Source: Eledone cirrhosa (lineage: Eukaryota). From it: a DNA stretch of 64,000 bases. Below the pieces are notes generated by a model. The model did no database searches. It saw only the letters and a program-made list of their open reading frames with translations, and had not been told where the DNA came from. This document shows, piece by piece, positions 24,901 through 38,240 of the stretch. Location of the stretch: assembly GCA_964016885.1 (NCBI GenBank), contig OZ024741.1, positions 381,176,001-381,240,000 of the forward strand, read 5' to 3'. The position numbers were made by a program, and so were the translations under genes. The number at the start of each line of letters is the position of its first letter. Positions within the stretch are counted from its first letter, which is position 1.

Positions 24901-27900
24901 GAGGGAGTTGGGTGTGCTTGTTGACACTGTCCGTATTTTCAGCAAAGATATATGTATGCAATTTGACTCCAATCTCAAATTACTGTCGTAAATTAGACAA
25001 AGATATATCAGATAAAGTAGTCCTTCTTGCCCCTTACCCTAAAAACCAGGATGGTCATGGCTAGAACAGCTTTGACCATGGGTATTCTTGATGACGGCTG
25101 ATCTCATAGCTGTGTAACAATAATGATCTATCATTACAATCATCTGAAAAGGAACCATTGTTTTACATACTTGTGAAGGTATGCTCATATTTGATGTGAG
25201 CAAGAGAGAGAGAGAGAGAGAGAAACAGATTTTGGTCTGGCTTACAGTACAGGAACTTATGTAGTGCCTCTCTGATCTATTGGTTCTAGTTTTCTCACCT
25301 ATCTGTTACATTTTATGCCAACATTTATAGAATAGCAGACTTTTAATATATTTGCAAATTTAAATATTGGGTATTTGATCGACCAATAAATTTTATCTCT
25401 ATATTCCATAAAATTATATTCGATTTTAAAATCTTTACCTATTGGGTGGATAGGGGAAAGTAACATGTGCTTTGTTTGATAAAATTTAATGTCTTTGACC
25501 AAATTTGAATCCATGAAGGAAGATTAGAATAACCCAATAACACAGCCATTTATGTCCTAATTACATGTTTATTACATTTGGAATATTCATTGTTTGTAAT
25601 GGATGAATCTCTATGATGTGAATGGCATGAAAATCAATTGTTATTGATCTAATGAATAAGATCATTCCAGAGGTAAATCTTCATTATCATTTAAAAAAAA
25701 AAAATTAATAAGGTAACGCAAAATTCTATCTCCAAATTATCTTGTATGTTTGAGAATTTAATTTATTTACTAACTGTTTTAGTTATCCAAATCCGAATTG
25801 TTTGAGAAATAACTGCTATAACCATTTTTAAAATTATCTTTGTAATATTGAAATTTCTATAGTTTAAAAGCTTTTGCCACATCACTCCAATTTAAAGTTT
25901 ATTTTAAGTTTTTATTTGTATTATAATTTTCAGAAGAAAATATATTAAAGAGCCAGGTGATAGAAACGGAAACTAAGTAATTGAACATGGAGATAAAGCA
26001 TATAATTGAAACATACATAACAGTATTATTTATGGCTGCTACTCTATTAAAAAATGTATAACTGGCAGTTAAATTCTTAAATGACATTGACTAAACAATG
26101 TTGAGAAAATATAGGAAGTGTTAACTAGTGAAGTTATATGGACATCTGATAAAGTATTTATAGTTTGTTTAGTGATATGGACATCTGGTAAAGTACTTAT
26201 AGTTTGATTACTGTTATCTAAATTTTCTGTAAACCTCTTGCAAAGGTTTAAGGATATGTGAATCCCTAGAATATCACCTGAGAATGATTAGAGGAAATAC
26301 AAAAATAAACAACTCAACAACATATCAGAGATAACAAAACAGTGTGGAGTCCTTGTGATGAAGAGGGGTAAATTGAGCAGAAGCAACGGAATCCAAGTAC
26401 CAACAGGTGAGGTGATAAAGAAAATTGACACTGAAGAAGGATACAAGTATTTGGCTGTTCTGGAGGCTGATGACATCAAGAACAAAAACAAATTAAGGAA
26501 TTGATAAGATCTGAGTACATTCGGAGAGTAAGGAGCGTACTAAAGTCACATCTGAACAGTAGGAATGCCATAAGTGCAGTAAATTCACGAGCTGTGTATA
26601 TCATTAGGTACAGTGCGGGAATTCTGAGATGGAATGTTTCTGAACGAAAAGAAATGGATAGGAAGTCTAGGAAGCTATTGATTATCTACATGTTCCACAA
26701 GAGGAGTGATGTCGATAGACTATACTTAAGGTGATCTGAATGTGGAAGAGGTCTTATCAGCATAGAGGACTGTGTTCAGATGGAGAAAAACAACCTACAG
26801 AAATACGTGACTGATAGAAGGGAGCTAATGCTCAGAATTGTACTGAAGGAGAGGACAATAGACCAGGGGATGTCCAAGGAGGAAATAAAACAAGGAGAAA
26901 GAGCAACCTTCATGAAAAATCCCTTCATAGTACCTTCTTTGAGAAAACTGAATTTAGAGATCCACAGACATGGAACTGGTTGAAAAGAGGAGACCTTAAA
27001 AAGGCTACAGAAGGAATGCTAATGGCTGCGCAAGAGCAGGCCCTCAAAACGAAGTGGCTGAAACACCATATTTACATGGAAGAGGCTAGCCCACTGTGTA
27101 GGATCTGTGGAGAGAGAAAAGACTGTGGCTCACATAGTATCCGAGTGTAAACACCTAGCCCAGACTCACTATAAGGGCTGGAGACATGATGTGATAGGCA
27201 GGGTAATCCACTGGCACCTATGCAAAGTAAACAATTTACCACATTCTGAGAAGTGGTATGAGCATAAGCCAGAGTCGGTGAAGGTGTTGTGGGATTTTAG
27301 GATATAGACCGACAAGAAACTGGAGCACAATAGACCTGATCTGGTGGTTTTGGAAAAGGGAAAAAGATCGTGTCTGATTGTGGATGTGGCTTGTCCATTC
27401 GACAAGAGAGTGCAAGAGAAGGAGAGGGAGAACATTAACCGATACAAGGACTTAAAGTGGGAGGTAAAAAGGATTTGGAACTGCCATGAGGTCAAAGTGG
27501 TCCTATTGTCATAGGCGCACTAGGTACTATCTCAAAGAGTTTCCAAGGATGGTTAAAGAAAATTGGTCCCGCCCCGCTTTTTGGAACAACACTTCAAAAG
27601 GCATGCTTGCTGGCAACATCAAGAACCCTCCGATACGTCCTGAATATCTGAGGCTGCAGGTAGTGGCTTGATATTCATTTCAACAAATTTCCAGTTAAAT
27701 AAATGTTTCTATTTTAGGCACAAGGTCAGCAATTACCCAGTACATTACTGGTACTTTATTTTATCGACCCTGTAAGGATGAAAGGCAAAGATAACCCCGG
27801 TGGGATTTGAACTCAGATCATAAAGGGACTAACTCTATGCTTCAAAGCATGGTGTCCGACTCTGTACCGATACTGCCAATCCACTAACTTTCCAGTTAAG

Positions 27901-27927
27901 TAACATCAATGACTGAGACTCAAAGAA
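21938..27927 (+). mobile_element. Near-full-length decayed R4/Dong-type RLE LINE, family B, interrupted by a ~1.37-kb insert and a SINE
   Basis: ORF from 22887 (Myb-like WTKELN), RT motifs to 24960, resumes ~26341 (CGVLVMKRG..YKYL), CCHC/RLE, 3' UTR shared with 16473-16548. Confidence 0.9.
27699..27885 (-). mobile_element. SINE inserted in the Dong B 3' UTR with a 14-bp target-site duplication
   Basis: AA(A/C)TTTCCAGTTAA at 27685-27698 and 27886-27899; empty site at 16507-16520. Confidence 0.92.
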
Positions 27928-27928
27928 C

Positions 27929-27974
<46 letters not shown>

Positions 27975-27975
<1 letters not shown>

Positions 27976-28105
27976 TTTCTTTATTGGCCACAAGGGATGA
28001 CATCAAGAAAAACATTACATACGACACAGGATGGCACGATGTGGGTTTCGTGTGTGTAAAGATTTTTATTATTTCTATAAGAAAAGAAAAAGAAAAAGAC
28101 ATAGA

Positions 28106-28140
<35 letters not shown>

Positions 28141-31100
28141 AATAAAAATGAAAATTAAAACAATTAAAAATTCCCCAATAGCGGGGAAACCTCCGAGGAT
28201 TACTCGCGGCGAAAATCACCCAAAAGACCACGGCCACCCTGACCACCAGGGCAAGCGCCCTCTCTCAATTTTTCCATACCTCAAACTACAGACGTATATT
28301 CAGAGTGGTCCCGTTCACTCGGACCATTCTCGCTACATTCACCCACCTTTCAACAAACTTGCTAGAAGGGAGCACTTGCCTCTCCACCCTGATTTTTCTC
28401 TCCAAGTGAAACTCGAAAAAGTTAATTAGGGATTCGCCGAAGAGAAAGTGTCTGTCTTTAACCCTTTCAACCTTGTCCACCACACAATATCTTTCGCCAT
28501 GGCCACCAGGCAGATGAAAACTCGAAGGATGACGGCGAGACCATCTGCACAATGGGCTCAGTCAAGAACCGGATCAGTCATACACGCGACAGCAACTGTT
28601 CGATATCATTCCACAAGTCAGCAATGCTCGGGCACTGAACGAGTGCGTGCACGACGGTTTCGTCGCTCTGCACGCATCTAGGACAGGCTCGGCTGACGGC
28701 ACTTCCGTGGCTGTAGAGCTTATCACGAACCGGCAACGCTCCCCGGTAGCACTGCCAGGCCAGGGATTTTTGGAAGTTATCCATATGCCCTGGGCTGAAT
28801 GTTCTCGGGAAGAGAGCAAACAGCTGATCTTCTTCGACGCCCAGGATCTCTCCGAGAACGTCGTCGCTCTTCCCCTGCACTAGTCTTCTATAGAACGCCG
28901 AGGTGGATGTTCCACCGATACTGGTGCCCAGCTGGCAGAGGGCGGTGAGTGCCTGGAGACATTCCAGTTTCCAAGTGCTATCCATCGGTCTTTTCCTGAC
29001 CCAGGACTGCAGCTCCGTTAAGGAGACGAGCTGTGGGAAAACGTGTCTGGCGAACGGCGACCACACCTGTTTACCGTCAAGGAAGCACCAGAGATGTCGG
29101 AGCCACAGCGCAGTTTGCGCATCATCAGCCATGACATGCCCAGTCCTCCACGCAACGGGTGTTGACAGCAGATGGATCGTCTGACCACGGGAGCGCGTCC
29201 CTACCACAAAAAGCAGAAGAGGGGGCGCTTCATTTTGGTGAGAGTTGGGGCGGGGCAAGGGACGACGGTGAGGCGGTAGCAGATGACAGATGCGATGTAC
29301 GCATTCGCAACCTCCGCCCGACCTTTCAGGGTCAGCTTCCTCTCAGCCCATTTCTGGGTGAGGGCGGCCAGCCTGCGTGTCACCTCGCTGCAGTTTTTCT
29401 CCATCTGGAGGTCCGGTCCAAATCAGACATCGATCAATTTATCGGTCCGTCCGTCCAACGCTCCACGACGCTGTCGCACGGCATGGCCTTGCCTCTCCAG
29501 GTGCCGAGCTGCAAGCCCACCGACTTTTCCTGGTATATCATTGCTCCTGTCACCGCTTCGTATTCCTTGAGAGAGGTGCCGAGCATCTGGATGTGTCTGG
29601 TGCTCGACACCACCACGGTGACGTCGTCCGCGTAAGCCGACTAGGATTTCCCGCATCCTAATTCGCGTGGGATGCCCCTCATCGCCCCAAGATTGTGCAG
29701 TAACGGCTCGAGAGCCAATACATACAAGAGAGACGAGAGTGGACAACCCTGGCGGACCGAGCGCATGATGCTGAACGGCTGCGACAGGTGGCCGTTCACC
29801 CTCACAACTGAGCAGATGTCGCAGCGATCCAACCCCTGAAAACGGGCCCGAAACCGGCTGCCTCGAGGACCGCCGCCAGGTGCCGATGCTCGACCCTATC
29901 GAATGCTTTGGATTGATCCAAGTTGATCAGGGCCCCACCCGTGCCAGGTTCCTTAACCACCCCCTCTACGATGTATCGCATGAGGTGGAGGTTGTCGCGT
30001 ATGGATCTGTCCGGAATGGCGCATGTCTGCGCCTCTCTCATCAGAATCCTGACGACAAGCGCCAACCTCGTTGCTAATACCTTGGCCAAAATCTTCAACT
30101 CTGCGTTTGGCAGGGTTATAGGCCTGAAATTATCGATAACATCCCCCTTGTTCGTGTCTTTTCTCACAGCGCCAGCGCTCCCCGGCTCACAAAATTGGGA
30201 ATGCCCCTGTTCTGCTGCCAGTTGCAGTAGACCTCTGCCAAGAGATCACCGAACAAGTCTGGCATAAATGCATAAAGCTCGTAGGGCAGACCATCCAAAC
30301 CTGGCGATGTACCCCTCGTGCAGTTAGCCATCGCTTCACGTATTTCACCGGCTGTTATTGGCTTTTCGCAACACTGTGCTACGGTCGTTGAGAGCCGAGG
30401 CAGTCCGGCGAGGTATGCACTGTAGTCCATACCTCGATCCGGTCGGCCGCTGCTCCCGAACAGTTCAGCAAAGTGCTGCTGAAAAGCCTCACACATTTGC
30501 TCGGGTTCGAGCAACACGCGCCCGTTTTGGTCAGATAAAGACCGAATTGTTGCTTTGTTGCCACGTCGCGCCTCTGCCACCTGGGCCCATTGGACGGCTT
30601 TTGTCCCCTCGTGTTTCAGAGCATGCGCTCTAGCTCTCTTCGCAGTTTTCGTGTTTTGCGTTGAAGAATCGGTCGAGTGCCAATCTCGCCGCAAGAACGT
30701 CGGTTGTGATGCCTGTCCTAAACGCTTCTTCTAGCTTTCGACTAGCTCTCCCTCTATTCTCTTTTACTCTATCAGTAGTCTTTTTCTAAACCTAATCGAC
30801 TCTACTTTAATTGTCCTTTTCAGGGTGAACAACCATCTGTTGTTGACGACCGCTCCCGTCAATGCCCGCTTAACTAATACATTAATCCGGTCTCTGTAGA
30901 TTTTGCGCGCCGGGAAAGACGTGTTCAGCTTCCAGTAACCGGATCCTTATCTATGAAGTTTGTCTATGTCGATCTCACAGATCACAAATTTGTGGTCTGT
31001 GTAGTCGACTATTTTAAATTGTGGACAACATATACTAGCCTTATCTAGTTCTTGCAGAATACCCTATCGAGATACGATCTGGATGACCCGATGCGGTTTG

Positions 31101-31889
31101 TCCATGTTCACATTGGAACATTGATCTAGTCGATACCTGTCAGACAGTTCAAAACGTCTAAGCAGATTGGTGCGGCTCTTGCACACTCCTCCCCTATCCA
31201 CTAGCCCCACTCAATCCCAGCGTGCATCCAAGATACCGTTCCAGTCGCCCACTAACACTAAAGAGCGGGACGTTCCAAGAAAGGTCTCCAGACGTCTGAA
31301 GAAATCTGGCCGCCCTGCCCCAGGTGGGGCGTAGACGGCTACTAGCCTGAAAGCATTGCCTTCGCTGCCGGTCACGTCCAGCACCACTGACTTACTTTCT
31401 GGGTCCAGGAGATGGCCCGTATGGCGAGATCCAAGACTCTCCGAAAAAGGACGCAAGCCCTCCCCCCGATCTTGGACAGCTGGGAGATGCGTATACATCG
31501 TAGCCGCCGAAGACCGGTGCGAAAGCTCGTGCTTCGGAGATTCTGGTCTCGCTGATGGCCACCACATCTATGTTTAGTGACCTGAGGTAGTTGAGCAGGT
31601 GATTATGCTTCCAAGATGACCCCAGGCCTTGTGCATTTATACTGCCTATTCTAAGTACGGCCATGTTGGATGAGAAACGGGGCAAGTGCGAAAGGGTCAC
31701 TCACCTTGATCGTGTGGTGAAGGGACAGTAGAACCGTCCATTTGACTGGTCATGGGTGTTCCAAGAGTATGTCAGTGTATATCCTCTAGGTAACCGACCC
31801 TCTGAAGTCTCCAACTGCGTTGGGGAATTTTTTAAAAGTTTGTACTGTTCTATTTTGATATCAATGAAGCTTATGTTTGTTCGGAGAGT
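27975..31889 (-). mobile_element. 5'-truncated Tx1-type (L1 group) LINE: end of ORF1 plus decayed ORF2 (APE-RT-CCHC)
   Basis: IGSINAQG, ISET, VYAP, GDWN, DH, SPGLDGLP, NFRPITL, LDQSKAFDRV, VRQGCPLS, YADD, CPRC..ETVVHALVQC; (AAT)n both sides. Confidence 0.93.
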
Positions 31890-31913
31890 AATAATGATAA
31901 TAATAATAATAAT

Positions 31914-33659
31914 AAGCCACCTATTTTATATGGATGATTTGAAGCTATATTGCAAAGATAATGACGTCTTGGAAGGTCTTTTGCGGACAGTAAAAACGTT
32001 TAGCGATGACATCAGGATGGAGTTTAGACTTGACAAGTGTGCGAATGCCACTTTCAAGAAGGGGAAGCTTGTCATCTCAAACTCAGTTGAATTGGATCCT
32101 GAAACAATCATAAAGGAACTTGAGCAGGAACAAATCTATAAATACTTCGGGATTAATGAGGGCTCTGGCATACAGCATGCAACTATGAAAGAGAGGATAA
32201 GGAAATAATGTTATAGGAGAGAACGTGCAGTTCTGTGATCAGAACTAAACGCTCGTAACAAGGTGCTAGACATAAATCCCTAGGCAGTCCCAGTTGTCAC
32301 TTATAGCTTCGGTATGTTGAACTGGAATATGAGTGAAATCAAAAGAAACGACACCAAAGTCCGTAAGCTACTGACCTGTAATAGGATGCACCATCCAAAA
32401 GCAGATGTGGATCGTCTTTACCTTCTTAGAATTCACGGAGGCCGGGGCCTGATCCAATTTGAAATTGCTTACAAGACCACCATCATTGGACTGGCCAAAT
32501 ACCTTGAAAGAACTAACGACCGTATGCTGAAACTTGTTGAAAAGCATGAGAGAAGTAAGAAGCTTCATTCTATCTTGAAGGAGAGCAAAAAATATGCTAC
32601 TGATCTCATGCTTGTTACCCAGGCTGGAAAGACGAAAGAAACTGCTGCAACTGATGCTGCTAGGCACATAAAATCACTGGCAAAAGCAAAAGGGCAAGGA
32701 CAATTAGCATGAAATTTGGAGCAGAATCCTCTGCATGGCAAATATGTGACCCGTAGCAAACAAGCTGACGTTGACCAAAAGCGCACCCATCAGTGGCTAC
32801 GTAGTTCAGGGCTAAAGGCAGAGAGTGAAGGCTTCATCTTAGCTGCCCAAGACCAAAGCTTATTGACTCCTAATTACCAGGCCAATGTTATGATAAACGG
32901 AATAAACCCAAAGTGCCGACTCTGCAATGCTGAGGTTGAAACAGTGGATCACTTAGTATCTGGATGTAAAGTTTTGGCACCAGAAGAATCCAAATATAGA
33001 TATGACAGAGTTGGCTAATATCTACACTGGGTAATATGTCGGCATTACAAAATCAAAGCTGAAGACAAGGGGTACAACCATCACCCTGAGGCTGTATCTG
33101 AAGTAGAAAAAGTAACAATTTTCTGGGACTTTCCTGTACATACTGACAGGACCATAAAAGCAAATAGACCTGACATCATTATAAAAGATAAACATAACAA
33201 GGTCTGTTTGTTGATAGATATGAGCGTCCCATGTGATCACAATATCGCGGCAAAAGAATTTGACGGGCTACGAAAATATAATGATCTGCTTATTGAAATT
33301 AAGAAAATGTGGCACCTCAAGGCCGTTACAATACCATTGATTCTGGGAGGACTGAGAATGATCAAGAAAGGTACAGAACAATATTTGCAAATGATTCCCG
33401 GATTACTCTCTCTGCACGAGGTGCAAACAATTGTTTTGACTGGTATTGCACACGTATTGAGAAGAGCACTATCGCTGTAAGATTAATAACCCTCCTTGTA
33501 TTTATATATGCATATGCACATGTGTATATATGTATACTGTTTTTTGTTTGTTTTTGTTTTTATTATAATCAATGTGCTGTATTAACTGGCTTACCAATGC
33601 ACACTGTGAATTTATTTGCCCTAGGTGTCAGGAAGACACTCGGTATATATCTCAGAAAC
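31914..33659 (+). mobile_element. 5'-truncated R4/Dong-type RLE LINE, family C
   Basis: SHLFYMDDLKL, CRLC..ETVDHLVSGC, NRPDII..IDMSVP; starts right after (AAT)n. Confidence 0.92.
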
Positions 33660-33689
33660 AATAATGAAAAAAAAAAAAAAAATAATAAT

Positions 33690-33911
33690 GATTTCATTTA
33701 TTGGCCTCAAGGGACAATACAAAGACAAGGACCGTGGGTTTACAATAAGGTCGAGTAAAAGTGCACAATGGCAAGACCAATTCAACAATGAAAATATAAA
33801 AAATATAAAATAAACTATGCATAAATATAACAAAATAAATTCCCCATTAGGGAGAGGACGACCCAGGAGTGACTCAGGTACCCCACCAATCCTGAACCAC
33901 CCTGCCCTTTG
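33690..33911 (-). mobile_element. 3' terminal fragment of a divergent Tx1-type LINE
   Basis: Terminus CCTTGAGGCCAATAAATGAAATC(ATT)n on minus and the TTCCCC..GGGAGA hairpin shared with the other Tx1 copies. Confidence 0.7.
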
Positions 33912-35124
33912 GAAGGAATTGATAAGAACTGAGTACATATGGAGAGTGAGGAGCGTATTAAATCACATCTAAATAGTAAGAATATCATAAGTGCAGTGAA
34001 TTCCAGAGCTGTGTCTATTATTAGGTACAGTGCGGGAATTCTGAAATGGAATGTTGCTGAACAAAAAGAAATGGATAGGAAGACTAGGAAGCTATTGACT
34101 ATCTACAACATGTTCCACAAGAGGAGTGATGCCGATAGACTCTACTTAAAGAGATCTGAAGGTGAAAGGGTCTTACCAGCATAGAGGACTGTATTCAGAT
34201 GGAGAAAAATAACCTATGCAAATACTTGACTGACAGTAGGAAGCCAATGCTCAGAATTGTACTGAAGGAGAAGACAATAGACCAGGGGATGTCCAAGGAG
34301 GAAATAACAACAAGGAGGAAGAGCAATCTTCATGAAAAATCCTTTCATAGTACCTTCTTTAAGAAAACTGAATGTAGAGATCCACAGACATGGATCTGGT
34401 TAAAAAGAGGACACCTTTTAAAAAGCTACAGAAAGAATGCTAATGGCTGCGCATGAGCAAGCCCTCAAAACGAAGTGAGTTAAACACCATATTGACAAGG
34501 ATCTGTAGGATCTGTGGAGAGAGAGAGGAGACTGTGGTTCACATTGTATCCGAGTGTAAACCCCTAGCCCAGACACACTATAAAGGCTGGAGACATGATG
34601 TGATAGGCAGGGTGCTCCATTGGCATCTATGCAAAGTAAACAATTTACCACATTCTGAGAAGTGGTATGAGCATAAGCCAGAGTCGGTGATAGAAAACGA
34701 TCAAGTGAAGGTGCTATGGGATTTTAGGATACAGACGGACAACAACTTAGAACACAATAGGCCTGACCTGGTGGTTTTCGACAAGGAAAAAAGATCGTGC
34801 CTGATTGTAGATGTAGCATGCCCATTTGACACGAGAGTGCAAGAGAAGGTGAGGGAGAAAATTAACCGATACCAGGACTTAATGTGGGAGGTAAAAAGGT
34901 TTTGAAACTGCCTTGAAGTCAGAGTCGTCCCGATTGTCATAGGCGCACTAGGTACTACCTCAAAGATTTTCCAAGGATGGTTAAAGAAAATTAGCCCAGC
35001 CCCGCTTTTTGGAACACTTCAAAAGGCATGCTTGCTGGGAACAGCAAGAAGCCTCGGATACGTCCTGAGTATCTGAGGCTGCAGGTAGCGGCTTGATATT
35101 CATTTCAACAAACTTTCCAGTTAA
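33912..35124 (+). mobile_element. 5'-truncated R4/Dong-type RLE LINE, family B
   Basis: High similarity to 15292-16520 and 26495-27698. Confidence 0.92.
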
Positions 35125-35315
35125 ATAACTGTTTCTACTTTAGGCACAAGGCCAGCAATTACCCAGTGCATTATTGGTACTTTATTTTATCGATCCCGTA
35201 AGGATGAAAGGCAAAGTGAACCTCGGCGGGATTTGAACTCAGATCGTAAAGGGACGTAACTATGCTGGATAGCATGGCGTCCGACCCTCTACCGATACTG
35301 CCAATCCACCGCCCT
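35125..35315 (-). mobile_element. Full-length SINE at the same Dong B 3' UTR site as 27699
   Basis: Follows AACTTTCCAGTTAA; complete 5' end AGGGCGGTGGATTGGCAGTATCGG. Confidence 0.92.
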
Positions 35316-37398
35316 TAATAATTGTAATAATAATATATAATAATGCTTTCTTTATTAACCACAAGGGTTTAGACAAAGTAAGACATTAAGGACAGTACAA
35401 GACAATAAAGAACAATAGAGGACCGTACAAATGGTCATTGTGCGTGTAAAAAAACAAAAACAGAGGATGTAACAAAAAAAGAAACAATGAAAAATTCCCC
35501 AATAGGGGGAGACTTCCAAGGGCCATCGTGAAGAAAGCCCATTAAAAAAGCCACGATGACACTGACCACCAGGGCAAGTGCCCTCTCCCAGTTTTCCACC
35601 TTTAATTTACAGGCACATACACAGAGTAATACACAGAGTAGGCCCATTCACACGGGCCATTCTTGTCTCTCTCTCCCACCTTTCAACAAAATGCTGGGAA
35701 GAGAGCACTTCCTTCTCTACCCTGATTTTCCTTTTTAAATGAAATTTGAAAAAGTTAATCAGGGCATCACCAAGAAGTAAGTGCTCGTCTTCAGCCATTT
35801 CAAACGCGTCCACCATACTATCTCTTTCGCCATGGCCACCGGAAAGATACAAACTGCCTGCCTTTCCCGGCTAAAGGAAGAGGGAGTGGGGCAATCCTCA
35901 CGATGGCCTGAGCTGATAGCCGGATCCGTCCTACACGCAACAGCAGGTGTTCGTCATAAACCCACAAGTCAGCATGCTCGGACACTGGACGAGTGCGTGC
36001 AGAACCGTTTTGTCGCCCTGCGCGCATCTCGGATTTGCTCGGCTGACGGCACCTCCATGCCTGTAGATTCTATTCCGAACTGGTAAAGCTCCTCGGTAGC
36101 ACGGCCAGGCCTGGGATTTCTGGAAGTTATCCATAGACCCCAGCCCGAAATTCTTTCGAAGAGATTAGCTAGTTGATTTTCGTCGACGCCTAGATTTTCC
36201 CAAAGTATGTCGTCGCTCTTACCCTCCACTAAACATCTATAGGACGCCGAGGTGGAGTTTCCATCGATCACATTGACCGATTGGTCGAGGGCTGTGAGCG
36301 CCTGAAGACATCCCAGTCTCCAAGCGCTCCCTCTCGGTCTTCGCTTGACGCAGGACTGCAGTTCCGTCAAGGAGAGGAGCTGGGGAAAGACCTGATCACC
36401 GTCGAGGAAGAGGTGGAGATGTCGTAGCCTGAGCGCGTGTCTGCGCAACATCAGCCACGGCATGTCCAGCCCTCAACGTAGCGGGTGTTGACAGCAGATG
36501 GACAGCCTGACCATCGGAGCGCGTCCCTTCCACAAAAAGCGTAAGAGCAAACGCTCCAGCGAGAGTCAGGCGAAGCTTAGGCAAGGCACGACGGTCAGGC
36601 GGTAGTAGATGACGGACGCGATGTACGTGTTAGCCACCTCCGCTCGACCTTTCAGGGATAGCTTACTCTCCGCCCATTTCTGGGTGAGAGAATCCACCCT
36701 GCTCGTCACCTCGTCCCAGATATTGTCCGTCTGGAGGTCCGGTCCGAACCAGACTCCTAGCAATTTAACCGGTCCGACGGTCCAGCGCCCGACGACGCTG
36801 TTGGACGGCATGGACCTTCCTCTCCACGTGCCGAGCTGCTGGCCCACCGAATTTTCCTGGTTGATCATTGATCCTGTCACCGCTTCGTATTCTCTTAGTG
36901 TAGTGCCGATCGCCTCAATGTGTTTGGCGTTCGACACCACTACGGTGACATCGACCGCCTATGCTAACACGGATCTTCCGCATCCTAGTTCGCGCGGGAC
37001 CCCCCCTCAACGTCTCCAGTTTATGCAGTAATGGCTCGAGAGTCAATACGTACAAGAGGGACGAGAGGGGACATCCTTGGCGGACCGAGCGCATGATGTT
37101 GAACGGTTCCGAAAGGTGACCGTTCACTCTCACCACAGAACGGATGTCATGGTTCATGGCAGCAATCCAGCCTCTGAAGACGGGCCCAAAGCCAGCCTCC
37201 TTCAGGACTGCCGCCCGATAACGATGGGGTCTATCGAAAGCTTTCGACTGATCTAAATTGATCAAGGACGCGCTCGTGCCAGGTTCCCTAGTTACCTTCT
37301 CCACGATGTATCGCATGAGGTGGAGGTTGTCGTGGATGGATCTGTTTGGAATGGAGCAATTTGACCCTCTCCCACCAGACCTCCAACGACAAGCGCCA

Positions 37399-38240
37399 AT
37401 GAATTTATTGTGTAAAGTGCTCAGGTGCACTACAACTCTTCAAAGGTGTATGTATAGTACATAGAATAATACACAAATGTCAGGGAAGTAAATAGTGTAT
37501 GAGTCATGGTATACATGTGTGTATGTGTGTGGCGGGGGAACATTAGCTGTAGTGTTGGCGGATCTCGGGAAGCATGGAGGCCTTAAAGGGTGCAGTGTCT
37601 CGACAGCTAACAACTGATGCAGGTAGTTTGTTCCATGATCCAGCAACTCTGAGCGTGAAAAAATGTTTCCGAAAGTCATGGGAACTGTGCTGTTTTCTGA
37701 CTTTGTGGGCATTTCCACGTATGTTAGACACATGGAAATCAAAAAGGTACTCAGGGTTGTTGTTGGCAAGATGGGTAACAATTTTGTGGGTGTTTACCAA
37801 GTCAGTTGCCAGGCGTCGGAGCTTCAATGTATCCATGCCCAGGGAAGCAAGGCGCTCAGAGTATAGTAGATGCCTGATGGAGGGTATTCGCTTGGTTGCA
37901 CGTCTCTGAACACTTTCCAGGCGGTCAATGTTCTGAGCAAGATAGGTGTTCCAGACTGGTGATGCATATTCTAAGTGTGGCCGCACCATAGCCATGTACA
38001 GCCTAACATAGATATCTGGAGAGTGGCTGACAAAGATCTTGCTGAGTGATGCTAAGACGCCCTCGGCCCTCTTGACAATTTTAGAGACGTGCTTCGTCCA
38101 AGGCAAATTGCTGCTGACCGTTATGCCCAGGTCACGTTCACAAGAAGACGTATGTAGACGTTGGGTTTTTACTCCCAAAATGCATGGTGGTGCACTTGTC
38201 CACAGCTAGCTTGAGTTGCCAGTCTGAGATCCATTGTTTC
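37399..38240 (-). mobile_element. 5'-truncated CR1/L2-group LINE nested in the Tx1 RT
   Basis: WQLKLAVDKC, ERDLGI, VRPHLEYASPVW, LESVQRRATK, FFTLRV..WNKLP; 3' UTR ending AATAAATTCATT; splits Tx1 between KVLA and LALVV. Confidence 0.9.
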
